Assembly (NCBI RefSeq): GCF_902652985.1
Contig: NC_047031.1
Location: 15,128,001 to 15,192,000 of the forward strand
Origin: Pecten maximus
Taxonomy: Eukaryota
Length of the DNA: 64,000 nucleotides
Direction of reading: 5' to 3'
The notes under the pieces were generated by a model that saw only the letters and a program-made list of their open reading frames with translations, made no database searches and was not told the DNA's origin. Of this stretch, positions 1-12,700 are shown in pieces (position 1 is the first letter of the stretch; the number at the start of each line of letters is the position of its first letter). Position numbers and translations under genes: made by a program.

Positions 1-807
1 AACTAAAACACGGATTAAGTTTGAATACTAATCTAGAGTAAAGATTAGAAGAAAAAAAGTTTAAATGTAAACTAGAAAAAAATAAAGTTGAAAAACAAAA
101 AAACAAGGATTATATTTTAATACAAGTTCAGAGGAAACGTTCATTGGTAAGACGAAAAAAAAAAGGAATGAAGTTGAAGAAAACAAATTAATACAAACAG
201 AAAAATTTAATTGTAGAACAAAATTGGGAGAACAAAAAATAAAAACTGAAAAGAAAATATTAATAGTTTAGATGCAAATATATATATTAAAGGTTATCTC
301 GTAGAAAAAAAAAATCAGAAAAAAACTTAATAAAGTTAAAAAAAAAATAAAAACTGAAAAAAGTTTAAGTCTTAAGGTTAAAAAATTGTTGTAATACTAA
401 AGAAGTTCCAAAAGAAAAGTTAAAGGATGAGAGACATCATTTAAAGGTTACATTATATATAACACATTACATGTCTGAAGTATGAGAGACATCATTTAAA
501 GGTCACAAAGTTTATATATACATAACACATTAGATGTCTAAAGTATGAGAGATCATTATAAGATTCTATAACATTGTAATTCTGAAAGTATGAGAGAGAT
601 CATTATAAGATTCCATATAATTCTGAAGTATGGGAGATGTATACTACAGTGTATCATTAACATAGTTTCAGATTATTCTTAAATAAGATCCTATACCCAT
701 TACAAATGCGATATTATATCATTATGTTTTATAAGTTGTACTTTGTATTCATTTGTCAATAGAAATGTTATAATTAAAAATGTAGCAAACAAATTATTTG
801 TTCTTAT

Positions 808-1167
808 TCAATCTACTCTACATTCTGATATAGAATCTAATGTCGTCTCTTCATAAGTTGAAAAGCTGAGTTCTACTTTACAATAATATCGGTGTTTCTT
901 CAGCTTTTTCATATGGGAACGAACTCTCCCATACTTTACCTCTACTATGCTATCTATGAAAAATTGAGTTTCGTCTCTAAATTCTGGATACCGTAGCTGT
1001 ATTGCTGTAATTACTTTACGGTAGATGACTGATCGACATATGTCTACTTCGTGACATCCGAATAAGATACTAAGGAAACAGAGACTATTTGAATAGTGTG
1101 ATTTATCTCTCAACAATACATCACCGTTCAAATCAATGATAGATTTAACGACACGTTTTTGATACAT
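808..1167 (-). CDS. Orphan ORF with IY-x10-YPEF motif
   Basis: 119-aa ORF (frame open from 1257). IYRKVITAIQLRYPEF has the same spacing as IYPQAVAMFRQFYPEF in the 4409-4917 exon. Confidence 0.5.
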   Translation of the reverse strand: MYQKRVVKSIIDLNGDVLLRDKSHYSNSLCFLSILFGCHEVDICRSVIYRKVITAIQLRYPEFRDETQFFIDSIVEVKYGRVRSHMKKLKKHRYYCKVELSFSTYEETTLDSISECRVD

Positions 1168-1290
1168 AACTGAAGAGACGTCGATAGTATTGTAAAATAA
1201 AAATGCACCTAAAGAGCGATAACTCGTATAGCTATAGCTTGAAGATACTGCTTGAATTTATATATACTGTAGTGAGCGAAGGGAGATAAC

Positions 1291-1894
1291 TCATTGAAAT
1301 GACGATAGATACTGCTCAAATTCTTCGGCGTAATTATGAGCCGCTCCAGACGGGTTCTTACGATATGGATGCATTCTTCGATCAACCACCTGTGGTAAGA
1401 AATAAATGTAAATAAGAACACGAACACTAATAAATAATATATTTACGCGTGTTCATAATTTGGCAGCCAACTTACGTGTCTCACATCGTCCTGTTGCTCA
1501 TCCTTTTGTTTGCCAAGTTCCTTTTGTTTTGTCTCTTCTTGTTTCTGACCCTGTGGGGAAATTGAATGGTGTTGTGCAATACACTGTTTAAAACTAGCTA
1601 TAAATTGATGATAAACATTATACTGCTTATAGAAATGACACTTACCTGATTAATTAAATGTAAGTTATCCTCCAGGCTACTTCGGAGGTCTGTCATATCC
1701 TGAAATTCATCCAATGTTAACGGGAGATAGTATTTTTTCTCCCTCTTGTTGATATGTATGTAGACAACTCCGTTAAAAACATTAACAGAGAGACTTGTCT
1801 TACTATTTAACCTAGTCGACAAAGATGGTTCTGTCGAGCCATCTTTTTTTGTATGGTTGATAACTTCAAATTTGCCGTAGATAATAGGCTCCAT
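1291..1894 (-). CDS. Three-exon, 140-aa PC4/Sub1-like ssDNA-binding protein (exons 1894-1646, 1550-1476, 1389-1291)
   Basis: ATG at 1894. Donors CAG|GTAAGT and CAC|GTAAGT; acceptors ccccacag| and ttaccacag|; all phase 0 (249+75+99 nt) ending at TGA. LSVNVFNGVVYIHINK...LPLTLDEF resembles the PC4 beta-sheet plus helix. Confidence 0.7.
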
Positions 1895-1926
1895 TTTTTT
1901 TTTTTTTTTTTTTTGCGCTAAAATCC

Positions 1927-2004
1927 AAGTGACGGTTAACAAAGTTGGCGCGCTTTTTATATAGCCGGTTTAGGTGTGATAGGGTAAAATAGGCAACAAC
2001 CAAT
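1927..2004 (-). promoter_or_regulatory. Pol II core promoter of the PC4-like gene
   Basis: TATATAAAAA at 1963-1954, Inr-like TCACTT at 1932-1927 about 30 bp downstream, CCAAT box at 2000-2004. Confidence 0.6.
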
Positions 2005-2913
2005 GAAAATCTACGTTTCTGGAATGGTGAACATGTCAAAATTCTTCTGAAGGTATAATCCCTCCCATTATATACTCTTGTATTATTACAATTGTAAGAA
2101 TAAAAAACTTTAAGAATATGTTTCCAAACTAAATTAAGATTAAGCTGTAGAACAAAAGACAAAGATTAAGTTGTGAAACAAAACAAAATAAAGATAAAAA
2201 CATTAAGTTGAATAACAAAACTAAAACACGGATTAAGTTTGAATACTAATCTAGAGTAAAGATTAGAAGAAAAAAAGTTTAAATGTAAACTAGAAAAAAA
2301 TAAAGTTGAAAAACAAAAAAACAAGGATTATATTTTAATACAAGTTCAGAGGAAACGTTCATTGGTAAGACGAAAAAAAAAAGGAATGAAGTTGAAGAAA
2401 ACAAATTAATACAAACAGAAAAAATTAATTGTAGAACAAAATTGGGAGAACAAAAAATAAAAACTGAAAAGAAAATATTAATAGTTTAGATGCAAATATA
2501 TATATTAAAGGTTATCTCGTAGAAAAAAAAAATTAAAAAAAAACTTACTAAAGTTTAAAAAAAAATAAAAACTGAAAAAAGTTTAAGTCTTAAGGTTAAA
2601 AAATTGTTGTAATACTAAAGAAGTTCCAAAAGAAAAGTTAAAGGATGAGAGACATCATTTAAAGGTTACATTATATATAACACATTACATGTCTGAAGTA
2701 TGAGAGACATCATTTAAAGGTCACAAAGTTTATATATACATAACACATTAGATGTCTAAAGTATGAGAGAGATCATTATAAGATTCTATAACATTGTAAT
2801 TCTGAAAGTATGAGAGAGATCATTATAAGATTCCATATAATTCTGAAGTATGGGAGATGTATACTACAGTGTATCATTAACATAGTTTCAGATTATTCTT
2901 AAATAAGATCCTA

Positions 2914-3540
2914 CCCAGATAGCAGACATACGTTGGCCTAACGTTGGCCCAATGCCTCACGCTTGGTTGGGCCATCGTAGGAAAATGACGTTGGGCCAAC
3001 ATAATTTTGCAAATCGGCCCAACGTTGGGCCGGCATGTTGGGCCAACGGTAAATTTGTGTTGGGCTTACGTTGGGCCAATGCTGAAATGTGCATATTTGA
3101 CGTTGGGCCAACGTTACACCCACCAACAATGTATGCTGCGCCAACGTTGGTACAATGATGTATATTGAGTGTTTTGTTTCTGGTGGGCTTTTCACACTAT
3201 TCACATGGGATAGTGAATAAAAGGTCAATGTCTAATGATAAAAAACGAACTGATATATATTAGATTCATCAATTTTATTTTTTAGTCTTAGTTGGCATGT
3301 GCTACTTCAGCTGCTGCTGCCTCTTTCTGTCTTTTCATTTCCTCCCTTTTCTTTCTCCCCCCTTCGCGGTCCCCAGCATATCTCGGCCAGTCTTTCGTTA
3401 CATTGCTGACTTCGTTGTCAGTGGCCTTTGATGTCAGGTGATTTTTCCGTACAGCCCCTTAAATAGATATGGTAACATTAATACCACTAGTGGTTTCCAC
3501 AGTGGACGAGTTGAACTGTAATTGAATGTGTTATTTTTCA
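2914..3540 (-). mobile_element. Terminus of a CACTA/EnSpm (CMC)-like DNA transposon, truncated
   Basis: Begins CCCAGATAGCA after TA. About 10 subterminal palindromes of type cgttgg(g)cc(c)aacg at 2930-3150. Followed by a DUF4806-like last exon. Confidence 0.65.
3288..3457 (-). pseudogene. Terminal exon of a DUF4806/BEN-like transposon accessory protein
   Basis: Acceptor tttaag| then AVRKNHLTSKATDNEVSNVTKDWPRYAGDREGGRKKREE...*; the W-x-R-x-A-x-DR-x-GGR pattern is recognised by eye. Confidence 0.6.
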
Positions 3541-3751
3541 TTTATTTATATAATTTAACTTGTTTTTTTTTCGTTTTTTTACATAGATATAAAAAAAAAC
3601 TCACTGAAACCATCCTCATTGACATACAAGTTATACAGCGTAAAAAAACAAAAAAAAACCAAAAAAAAACCAGGTAAGCTGATAACTCTTGACACCAATA
3701 ATCACGTGTATGAAAGTAATCTATAGCACAATAAAATATATATATACTTAC

Positions 3752-4045
3752 ATCACAGTCAACATTATTTAGGGTCACCATAGGGAAACCTTCAAAGTCG
3801 CTGCAGTTCAGCTCTGTCCTTCTCACGCCGATATATGTCACATTCGGGGCCTGGTCCCTCGTCAAGTTAAAGAAACTCAATCTCTCGAAAATGAGCCTCG
3901 TCACCTCTAAACTCGATTCACTGGAAGCGATGAATACTGTCGCTGGGCATGTCAGCATGTCCCCCTTCTTTTTGCATCGCATTGGGAACAGCTGATCTCC
4001 CATCGTCACACCAACAAGGACGAGTACAACCTTTATCGCCTCCAT
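3752..4045 (-). CDS. Exon of a putative secreted/surface glycoprotein
   Basis: MEAIKVVLVLVGVTMG signal-peptide-like start, 4 Cys, sequons NLT/NVT/NCS, ends at a phase-0 GAT|GTAAGT donor. Confidence 0.5.
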
Positions 4046-4408
4046 CTTTGACCACCGTGACCAGAAGTACCTCATTACGCATGCCCACCCACTGTCCCCT
4101 CCTCCCCCCTCCCCCTCCCTACTGTAGTTGGGTTCACATCAGCTTGTGTCCACTATCGGGTCATGTGACGGATACGAATACACTACTCAAGTCCCCTACA
4201 CCCTCATATTGTGTTCATTGTTTATTCATTATACATTAATTTTTTTTACAAAACTAATTTAATATAACTTTATCAATCTAAAAAAAAAAAAAAAACAAAA
4301 AAAAAAACATTAACTTTTAAAAAAAACTCACTATTAAAAACTAAAAATAAATCAAAAAAAAAATCATATATATATATACTGTACATGCATTCATGACTCC
4401 CGAGTTCT

Positions 4409-4917
4409 TCACTGACTATCTATCAGATACTCAACGAATTCCACTTCAGACTGCGGAGGTGAACATGTTTCAAAAACATAATTATGATACGCGTGATTTA
4501 CAAGTAAATCGTCCTCATCAATATCGATATTGTCACTGCATAGAATATCTCTGGCTAGAACCTTCAATATTTGTCTAATTCCGTAGTCGGTGAAATGTTC
4601 ACTTGGATTTAAATATTCCAAAAGATATAAAAGTTTAATGTTGGAGATTTCGAAGGGTGAACTATTAAATATATTTTTCGAAACATGGTAGTTTTCGTAA
4701 AATTCAGGATAAAATTGCCTAAACATAGCTACAGCTTGCGGGTAGATGTCACCTTCCAAACATTGGATTAGACTTTTCTGATCCTCGTTACATATGTAGT
4801 ATCCCATGTAGTTGTATCGGAACACATCTATCGAGATCATGATCTGTTTGGTGAGGTATTTCATGCGAAGATCTAAGTCTTCATATGCCAGCTTTAGAAG
4901 CGAGGTCGGTGTCAGTT
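4409..4917 (-). CDS. Orphan terminal exon immediately downstream of the pPolB stop
   Basis: Pyrimidine tract plus ttctag| acceptor (phase 1) at 4919-4918; ELTPTSLLKLAYEDLDLRMKY... open to the stop at 4409. Confidence 0.6.
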
Positions 4918-4947
4918 CTAGAATGAATAAATGAAATAAATAATAAA

Positions 4948-5187
4948 TCAGAGAGTCACGTCGAGAGGCTCTGTGCGAATACCACAGGCGAGTACTTTTC
5001 TTTTCGGATAAAAGTTGCTGAATCCGTTTCTTTCCTGTGAGTATGTTACGATGCGATTATTAATCACCCGAAACCCTCTGTTTGTAGCCGAACGGAGCCT
5101 CGAATTGAAAAGTACGTCTTTATACATGGCGATTGGATGCCTTAAATGACGCTTGTTTATACCTTTACAGCTGAACTTGCTTTGCTT
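4948..5187 (-). CDS. Detached C-terminal 79 aa of the pPolB (absent from the ORF track)
   Basis: KQSKFSCKGINKR...YKDVL...NRGFR...TYSQERNGFSNFYPKRKVLACGIRTEPL*; joins in frame to ...SKTYCVEHVSETK at 9708. Confidence 0.9.
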   Translation of the reverse strand, partial: KQSKFSCKGINKRHLRHPIAMYKDVLFNSRLRSATNRGFRVINNRIVTYSQERNGFSNFYPKRKVLACGIRTEPLDVTL

Positions 5188-8100
5188 TTTGACACAAACG
5201 TAAGTTTGAGTCTATGTCAGCGCTTTTGAGGTGTAGCTGACAAAATCTACGATGCCCTCTGGCGGATACTGCCTTGGCCAATCTAACCGTTGCTTTACAG
5301 TAACTCCGTAATGCTATGCAGTAAATATTTGTAAATATCTTAAATATTCACGATAAAAAATGACATATAGTAAAGTTCAGCTATAAAAAAATTACCTTTT
5401 GTTTTGTTGACACAAACGTAGACACAAACGTAAGTTTGAGTCTATGTCAGCGCTTTTGAGGGCTCTGGCGGATACTGCTGTTGGCCAATCTAAACGTTGC
5501 TTTACAGTAACTCCGTAATGTTATGCAGTAAATATTTGTTTAACTTCACGATAAAAAATGACATACAGTGAAGTTCAGCTATTAAAAAAAATCACCTTTT
5601 GTTTTGTTGTATTTTAAAAGCTGACAGGACAATGTTTTTTTTTTGGCATTTTCGTTCGCTCTGACACAACTTCCACTGCCACTTCACAATCATATTCTAT
5701 CGCAAAAAAAAAATAGTCCCGTGACTTACGGAGTCAAATGCAACACTGCAGTTTCGTTAGATATATGACAAAACAACAGAACCTCACAAATAGATAGTTT
5801 TCAAAGTATTTAATTTAAGTATGTTCTGTCGATGATACGTAAGAATATTTTTCCGCGTTGAACGCATTAGATTTCACGCGGAATGATACAATCGACTTTT
5901 CGCTGGCGCCATATTGCTGCTTACCTGTGACCCGGAAGAAAAATCTACTAACATCACGCTGAATTTTCATCATCGACATCTATGTGTTTTTTTTCTTTGG
6001 TGGCATGTTACTGAATGGGTTATAATATTGATAAAGTTTCGTCGGAATATCGTTGTTATTTTGTACATTGAAAAATCACTCATCCAGCATCCGATTTTGT
6101 CCGCCATCTTTCAGTAATGTAAACAATAATAAAAGAAAGAGTAGGTGATCAAACCCAACTTTGAATGTCATTTTCTCACTGAAATATTAACTTGCATGTG
6201 ATTGATGTAGTCTGCAGATGGTTAGATTATATAGATGTTTTTTTACGAAAGAAAAAAAGTTGTCTATTCATCATGACAATATCACAACAACGGCAGTCGA
6301 GTACCATACGCATGTTTGCAAATAAAAAGTTAAATAAATTCTCACTGAATAGGGTTTCGAAATGTCAAATGGACTTGTGAATATTAATATTGACTTCGGA
6401 TCTATTGATTATATCCTACGTAATGCACATGAAGTTTTTCGTTTACAGAACGCGTACCGCATTAACGTGGCTGTCTGCATGCAGATGTAGACGTCACTGA
6501 AAATTTCATCTCTAATTATAGCGACTGATTCTTTTTTTCTAATATTCGTGATGGTTTAAAAAAAAATAGAAAATGATCTATCATTATCATTTGAAATATT
6601 ACATAACAGTCGAAGCATATTATAAAAAAGAAAGGGGTCTACGATGTACATCTACATAGACCTTTATTATGTTTGGTGGAGTTTTGAACGCTTCAGGGAC
6701 GGTTAAAGGGCAGTAACTCTTTAGAAAACACCATTTTTCATGGAAATGTACTGATTGCTAAATTTAACCAGAGATATTTAAAGGCAGTGGAAATGTTATA
6801 TTCCTACATCTGCGGTTTTTTCTGTCTTAAATCATTTCAGCTTCTGAATTAAATTAACCTTTAAACTAATGCACAGTAAAGTATTGATAAATCAATGCAA
6901 ATAATTTATTATCACTTAGATTTATTATTATTATTTAATCTTTTTTTCTTTACAACACTAGTACATATTATTTGAGAAGAACAGCAAAAATTACTAAGTT
7001 CATTATTCTTCTAAACAACAAAAATTTGTAAAACTTTTTTGTGTTGTGCATATATCCTATTGTGAAATAACTTGGCATGACTAAAGATAATAGTATTGTC
7101 TTGATGACTGTTACATACTATATCATAGGTTGAGTTAAATAATTATTTTCTTCTTGTCAATTATGGTAAATGGTGAAAACACATTTTTTTCATTTAAATT
7201 GTTAAGTCGGTTTAATGTTCAAATTCAGATTAATTTAATTAAAGCAACTATTAATAATGTATATATGTGTTAACTTTTCTGACAAAGTCTTCAAGTAACC
7301 TGATTATATTTGACAGAGAATCAAAATAAGTAATTTTGTTGTTAAGAATAGTGGGCTTAGCCATTTACAACTGTTTAGATTCTACTTAATAAGGTTTGAT
7401 TTTTAACATTTTGGCAAATTTATCTTATCAATATCCAATTTAGTTTTAAAGATAAGCAGTACTTCCATTTTTATGAAAATAAAAATTACTTCAGTGTTCT
7501 AATAATTTAAACACATGAACAATTGAAAGAAATACATTTGTATGAAAAGCATTCATAATGGACTTTGAAGAATGCTACTACATGTACAGTTCATCCAGTT
7601 TGGGCATTCGAACTACATTTTCATCTGACAGATGCTGCAGATTAAAAAAAAACCTCTGATTTTGAAATCGATGATATCAATACATATAGCTACATTCACA
7701 TCTCACTAACATTAATTAACATGATATATATACCATACATATATATATGTATCATGCAGTTACAGTTATGTATATGGTACATATACTATTGCGGAGAATA
7801 TTTGATGCAATGTACATAAGTGAAAAACAAAATTCCACTTCAAATTGATTTGAACAGTACATGTGAATGAATGTGTTTTTGTTGTATAGATGATTTGTAG
7901 CTACACAGTATGGAGTGTAAACATATAACGTAGAGTGCTATATGAAAATCATGTTCACTCTTAAGAAACTGTCTCAAGTCTGAGCTGATATGAGCATGTA
8001 ATTCTAAGTTTTGAATATAGTGCTTAGTTTAATGTGCCCGTCGTGATGGTATACCCTGCCCTGTCTACATCCGCATTCTACGCTTCCAGAGTCTGTTTAT

Positions 8101-9707
8101 CAGACCCAGGTGTTTTTAACCCACCATCATCAGATGGTGGGCTATTCAAATCGCCCTGCGTCAGTGGTCCGTCCGTCCCTCCATCCGTAAACAATTCTTG
8201 TTATCGCTATTTCTCAAAGTACTGAAGGGATCTTCTAAAATTTCATAGGTTTCTCTTGGTTTCCAGTTATGCATATTGCATTTTGAGACCAATCGGAAAA
8301 CAATATGGCCGACAGGCAGCCATCTTAGGTTTTGACAATTGAAGTTTGTTATTGCTATTTCTCAGAAAGCACTGAATTGATCTTTCTCAAATTTCATATG
8401 TAGGTTCCTCTTGGTGCTAACATTAGTTATGCATATTGCATTTTGAGACCAATCGGAAAACAATAAGGCCGATAGGCAGCCATCTTTGATTTTGTCAATT
8501 GAAGTTTGTTATCACTATTTCTCAGAAAGTGTTGACGGGATCTTTTTCAAATTTCATAAGTAGGTTCCCCTCGGTGCCTAGTTATGCATATTGCGTTTTG
8601 AGACTAATCGGAAAACAACACGGCCGACAGGCAGCCATCTTGGATTTGGACAATTGAAGTTTGTTATCGCAATTTCTCAAAAAGTGCTGAAGGGATCTTT
8701 CTAAAATTTGATATGTAGGTTTCCCTTGGTGGGTGGTTATGCATAATGCATTTTGAGACCAATCGGAAAACAATATGGCCGACAGGCAGCCATCTTAGGT
8801 TTTGACAATTGAAGTTTGTTATTGCTATTTCTCAGAAAGCACTGAATTGATCTTTCTCAAATTTCATATGTAGGTTCCTCTTGGTGCTTACATTAATTAT
8901 GCATATTGCATTTTGAGACCAATCGGAAAACAATATGGCCGACAGGCAGCCATCTTGGATTTGGACAATTGAAGTTTGTTATCACTATTTCTCAGAAAGT
9001 GCTGAAGGGATCTTTCTCAAATTTTATATGTAGGTTCCCCTCGGTGCCTAGTTATGGATATTGCATTTTGAGACTAATCGGAAAACAACATGGCCGACAG
9101 GCAGCCATATTGTATTTTGACAATTGAAGTTTGTTATCGCTATTTTACAGAAGGCACTGAAGGGATAGAACAATCTGCCACAAAATATCATTCAAAACCT
9201 TGACATAACATCATTCAAACCAGGGCTCGCACACACGATAAAATCCTAAAACAATCACACAAATGTTTTTAACCTGAGCTCTCTCTTATCTAAAAGCTGG
9301 TAGCTAGATGGGGCGCTACATCAAATGTATAAATATTTTTTCAAATGCTAATGATAATGATAATTTGTGAAGCGCTTATAGGCATGGGATCCTCAAAAGT
9401 TTGAAAAGAAAGGCCTCATTAATTTTACAGGTAATCTAGGACCTTCATATTACATCTACAACTACGTATACATTAACCCATTGAAGATGTCAAATAAGAT
9501 TACCCGAGTACCTATTCTGAAAATTAGCTGCCAAGACGCACTTGCAATCAAAAGTAGATATGAATTTCTTTTCTTGCCAATATTTTGTCCTAGTCCTAAT
9601 CAGGTATTGGTGATGTTCCATACAAAGTTGACCATGTCCCCACTAAACAAAAGCAGTTAAAATAATTTGTTTTCGTTTGTGTCTTCAGTACTTTCAGTAC
9701 TTTGATT
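5188..9707 (+). mobile_element. 4.5-kb non-autonomous Helentron/Helitron2-type element, copy 1 (inserted in pPolB)
   Basis: Asymmetric inverted repeat GACACAAACG (5191-5200) / CGTTTGTGTC (9674-9683), 3' hairpin agtact-ttc-agtact, TT at both junctions, second copy at 48118-52624. Confidence 0.8.
8113..9165 (+). repeat. Nested HINE/MITE with about 6 tandem 154-160-bp units
   Basis: T-run, palindrome cccaccatc-atca-gatggtggg, (gtcc)n, then repeats marked by ttttgagac at 8281, 8441, 8597, 8751, 8911, 9067; 3' truncated. Confidence 0.8.
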
Positions 9708-12700
9708 CTTGGTTTCTGACACATGCTCCACACAGTATGTCTTAGAACAAAGCGCTACCATCGCATCGCCCCTCATTTCCTCTTTAAAGAGACCGGGGGT
9801 CCTCCGCGTGTATGCTTTGTTCTCTGGTGAGCTTTGATCAGGAAACCAATGATTTTTTTCCTCTGCAAAGTCGTTCGCCATATCCGGTCTAACTAGTTCC
9901 TCTAAGTTTCCACTAGAAATCGCCATGTAATATGAATCAGTATCCATTTCGATTAACTCGAAATCTTCCCGAAGCAGGTACTTATCGAGACAATCGTAAT
10001 AGAAACTGAGCATGCGCAGTTTGGCGTATTGGAGAATGAAATATCCAATTTGTATGGGTATATCCATTCTGATTCTAGGTTTGGCACTTTGAATTTCATA
10101 CTGACCGTATCCGAGTTCCTGTAGAGTTCGAAAAAGTTTGGAGTTAACAACATCGTAAACTTTAGACTCCGAATCCAGATATCTAGTGTTGGTGTGCCTA
10201 TCCTTACGCATCAGCATGGATCCGTACGAAGCGTTCCCCGTTAACTTACTCGTCTCGCTGATGACGCTGAGACTCTGGTCTCTATCACCGGCGTGTCTCG
10301 CGTCGCTAATTTTTTCTGTAAAGTCTTTAAAACAGCTGTCGGGGGAGAACTCCAATACGGTGTACACGCGCGTGACCAACAGACCGTGTTCGAGATACCA
10401 CTTCAACAGCGGCGTGGCTATTAATATTTTCCTCGCGGCCATCGCACCTATGAGAAGTCGTCGCGGTTTTTTGGGTACATCCAGTTGCGTAGCGACATCT
10501 TGCATGTACTCGCCTATGTCATCGAGAGATACATCAGTGTTCCCAAAGATCGGTGACATTTCGGAGAACTTTTCGCTTAAGTGATCAGGAACGGAAATGT
10601 CGACTTCCACCGCGCCAAACAACTCATCGCGCAGGATATATTGGAGAATCTGATTCGGAGTCATGTTTTTCATTTTCTCGCTCATTCTGTGATAACTATC
10701 GCAGTGCGATTTTAGTACCGGGTTTTCGCGTAACATTTTGTCGAATTTGCACTCCCAGATATGTCGCATGGTATAACCCCGTGATGTGATGTAACGACGT
10801 CGCTTTTCGCTGTGTTTTTTACGCTTTCTCAGTAATACCAAGTTTGGATTTCGAATGCAACTATGAGAGTGATAAAAACACCCGTCAAACTCAAAAACCG
10901 TCTGAGAGCGACTGTCGAATCCATCCACCCGATACGGGCCGATGCGAAATTCTCTGTTGGAGTTTAACGCGTGTTTGATATTGATGTTTTCTTGTTTTGA
11001 GATCCAATCGAGCCATTTGAAGGCCTTGAGATACCTATCCCTTCTTTCTAGCGCGAAGTCGTTCTCCGCTCGTCTGACGGAACAGTATCCCGTAGGCATA
11101 TGTTCCGCCAGACATCCTAGATATAGCGCATTAGCATCCAGTCCTAATACACATTGACAAAGCTTTTCTCCGCCGCGAATGCGTGTTTTACAATTTTCGT
11201 GGTATCGGGTGAAAACTATGGACGGTCCGACGACGATATTCTTCTGAATCATTTGATGGATATCTTTGTCTTTTTCGTGAAACAGAGAAAAATGTGCTCT
11301 ACCTTTGAGCGATCGGAAAAGCAGCTGTCGAGCAACGCCGGGAACTGACATGGTGGATTTAAAAACGTCCACTTGTTCTGTCGAGTAGTAGTCGAGTAAT
11401 TTCTGTACGGCATCACGAAACGGCTCCACGTCGAGATTATTATAGAATATAAGATAGTCCTTAAACGTTTTCATATCTTCCCTCACCCACAGACTTTCCA
11501 GTTTTGAGTATTTCTCCTTACCGGACATAGGTTTCTGCGATAAATTCATTTCTTTAATTGCTTCGCGATGAGAATAACCGTCCTGTAACATGGCGTCGTA
11601 TATGGCGAGTTCTTCTTCAAGAACATTTAACTGTTTAAGGTTGCTATAGAAACTCTCGTACGGTGGTAAACGCGGGTAATCGAGTTTCTCTGGCGAATCC
11701 AAAAACTCGTAACAGAAATACCCCTTTCGGGTGCCTTCCGGGTGATACGCCCTGATAAACGAATCGTATGATGACCCGGCGGCTATAAAGTTACTGATAT
11801 CCAGAAACCTAAACTGCTCTGTTGCAATACACATGTATTGATTGACCTTTTTGACTACAAAATTCTCTTTAGAGCAAACTAATTGCAATGCTCTTGCAAG
11901 TCTCGTTTTTATCAGATTTACGTCATATTTCTGTGAGTTGAAACCAATTACTGGTATTTGTGAAATGTACAATTCCAGTTTCTCACCCACTCGACGTAAC
12001 TCTTTAAGTCTGTGTTTATCTTTTATATCATCATTATCACCATCATCATTATCACCACCATCATCGTGGTCATTCATCAGTTCCATTTCGACGGAATCAA
12101 TGATGTATCTATACCGGTCATACAGGTTTTCTCTTGCCACCGATTGTATTTCGCCTATGTATTCCACGAATTTGTCAACTAAAGAATCAGCATTGTTAGC
12201 TTCAACAATACAAACAGGATTCTCGTATCCCGGAACATTAGAAGAAATGCTACATGACACTGGAACGTGCTCTTGTAGATACTGGTCTGATTCGACGAGC
12301 ATTGCTTCGAAATCATAGGTTACAAAGTATGGATAAAAGCGATGCTCGTTATCGACGTCGTATCCGTAATTCTCTAACTCTTCGAACACTGTCGGCATAA
12401 CGCAATGATATCCCCCTGGGTAAATCAATTTCGTAACATTTTCGCATGAACGCTCGTGTCTGCGGAGATTATTCGCTGTATTGAATAGTTTCTCGCATGT
12501 ATTGCATTTGTATTTTCTGCTGTAACTATCCATTTTTGATATAAAACTTAAGAGTTCCTCAAAAATGTTCAGGTTCATGCTATGATCGTAGCGACTAGGA
12601 GTTCTCCAAACATACGAAACCTCTCCTTCTTCGCTTAACCTCAACACATTAATGTTCACTGCGAAATGTTTTTCTACTTTACCGAGTTCGGATAGCGGGG

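Larger units (their letters stand above)
1..2913. repeat. Direct/tandem repeat with 2218-bp period (1-693 recurs at 2219-2913); unit carries two small genes
   Basis: aactaaaacacggattaag at 1 and 2219. The copies are near-identical (mostly homopolymer/dinucleotide length differences) up to aaataagatccta, where the second copy is cut by another element. Confidence 0.9.

Noticed and set aside
2930-3160. Regularly spaced palindromes resembling a CRISPR array; ORFs 2938-3228 and 2952-3158
   Set aside because: Spacers are short and irregular, the context is eukaryotic and no cas genes are present; they fit CACTA subterminal repeats, and the ORFs are by-products.
5914-9127. Small ORFs inside the 4.5-kb element
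   Set aside because: No recognisable motifs; several are satellite translations.
9657-9707. Annotated C-terminus of the 1371-aa ORF
   Set aside because: Read-through into the inserted element.
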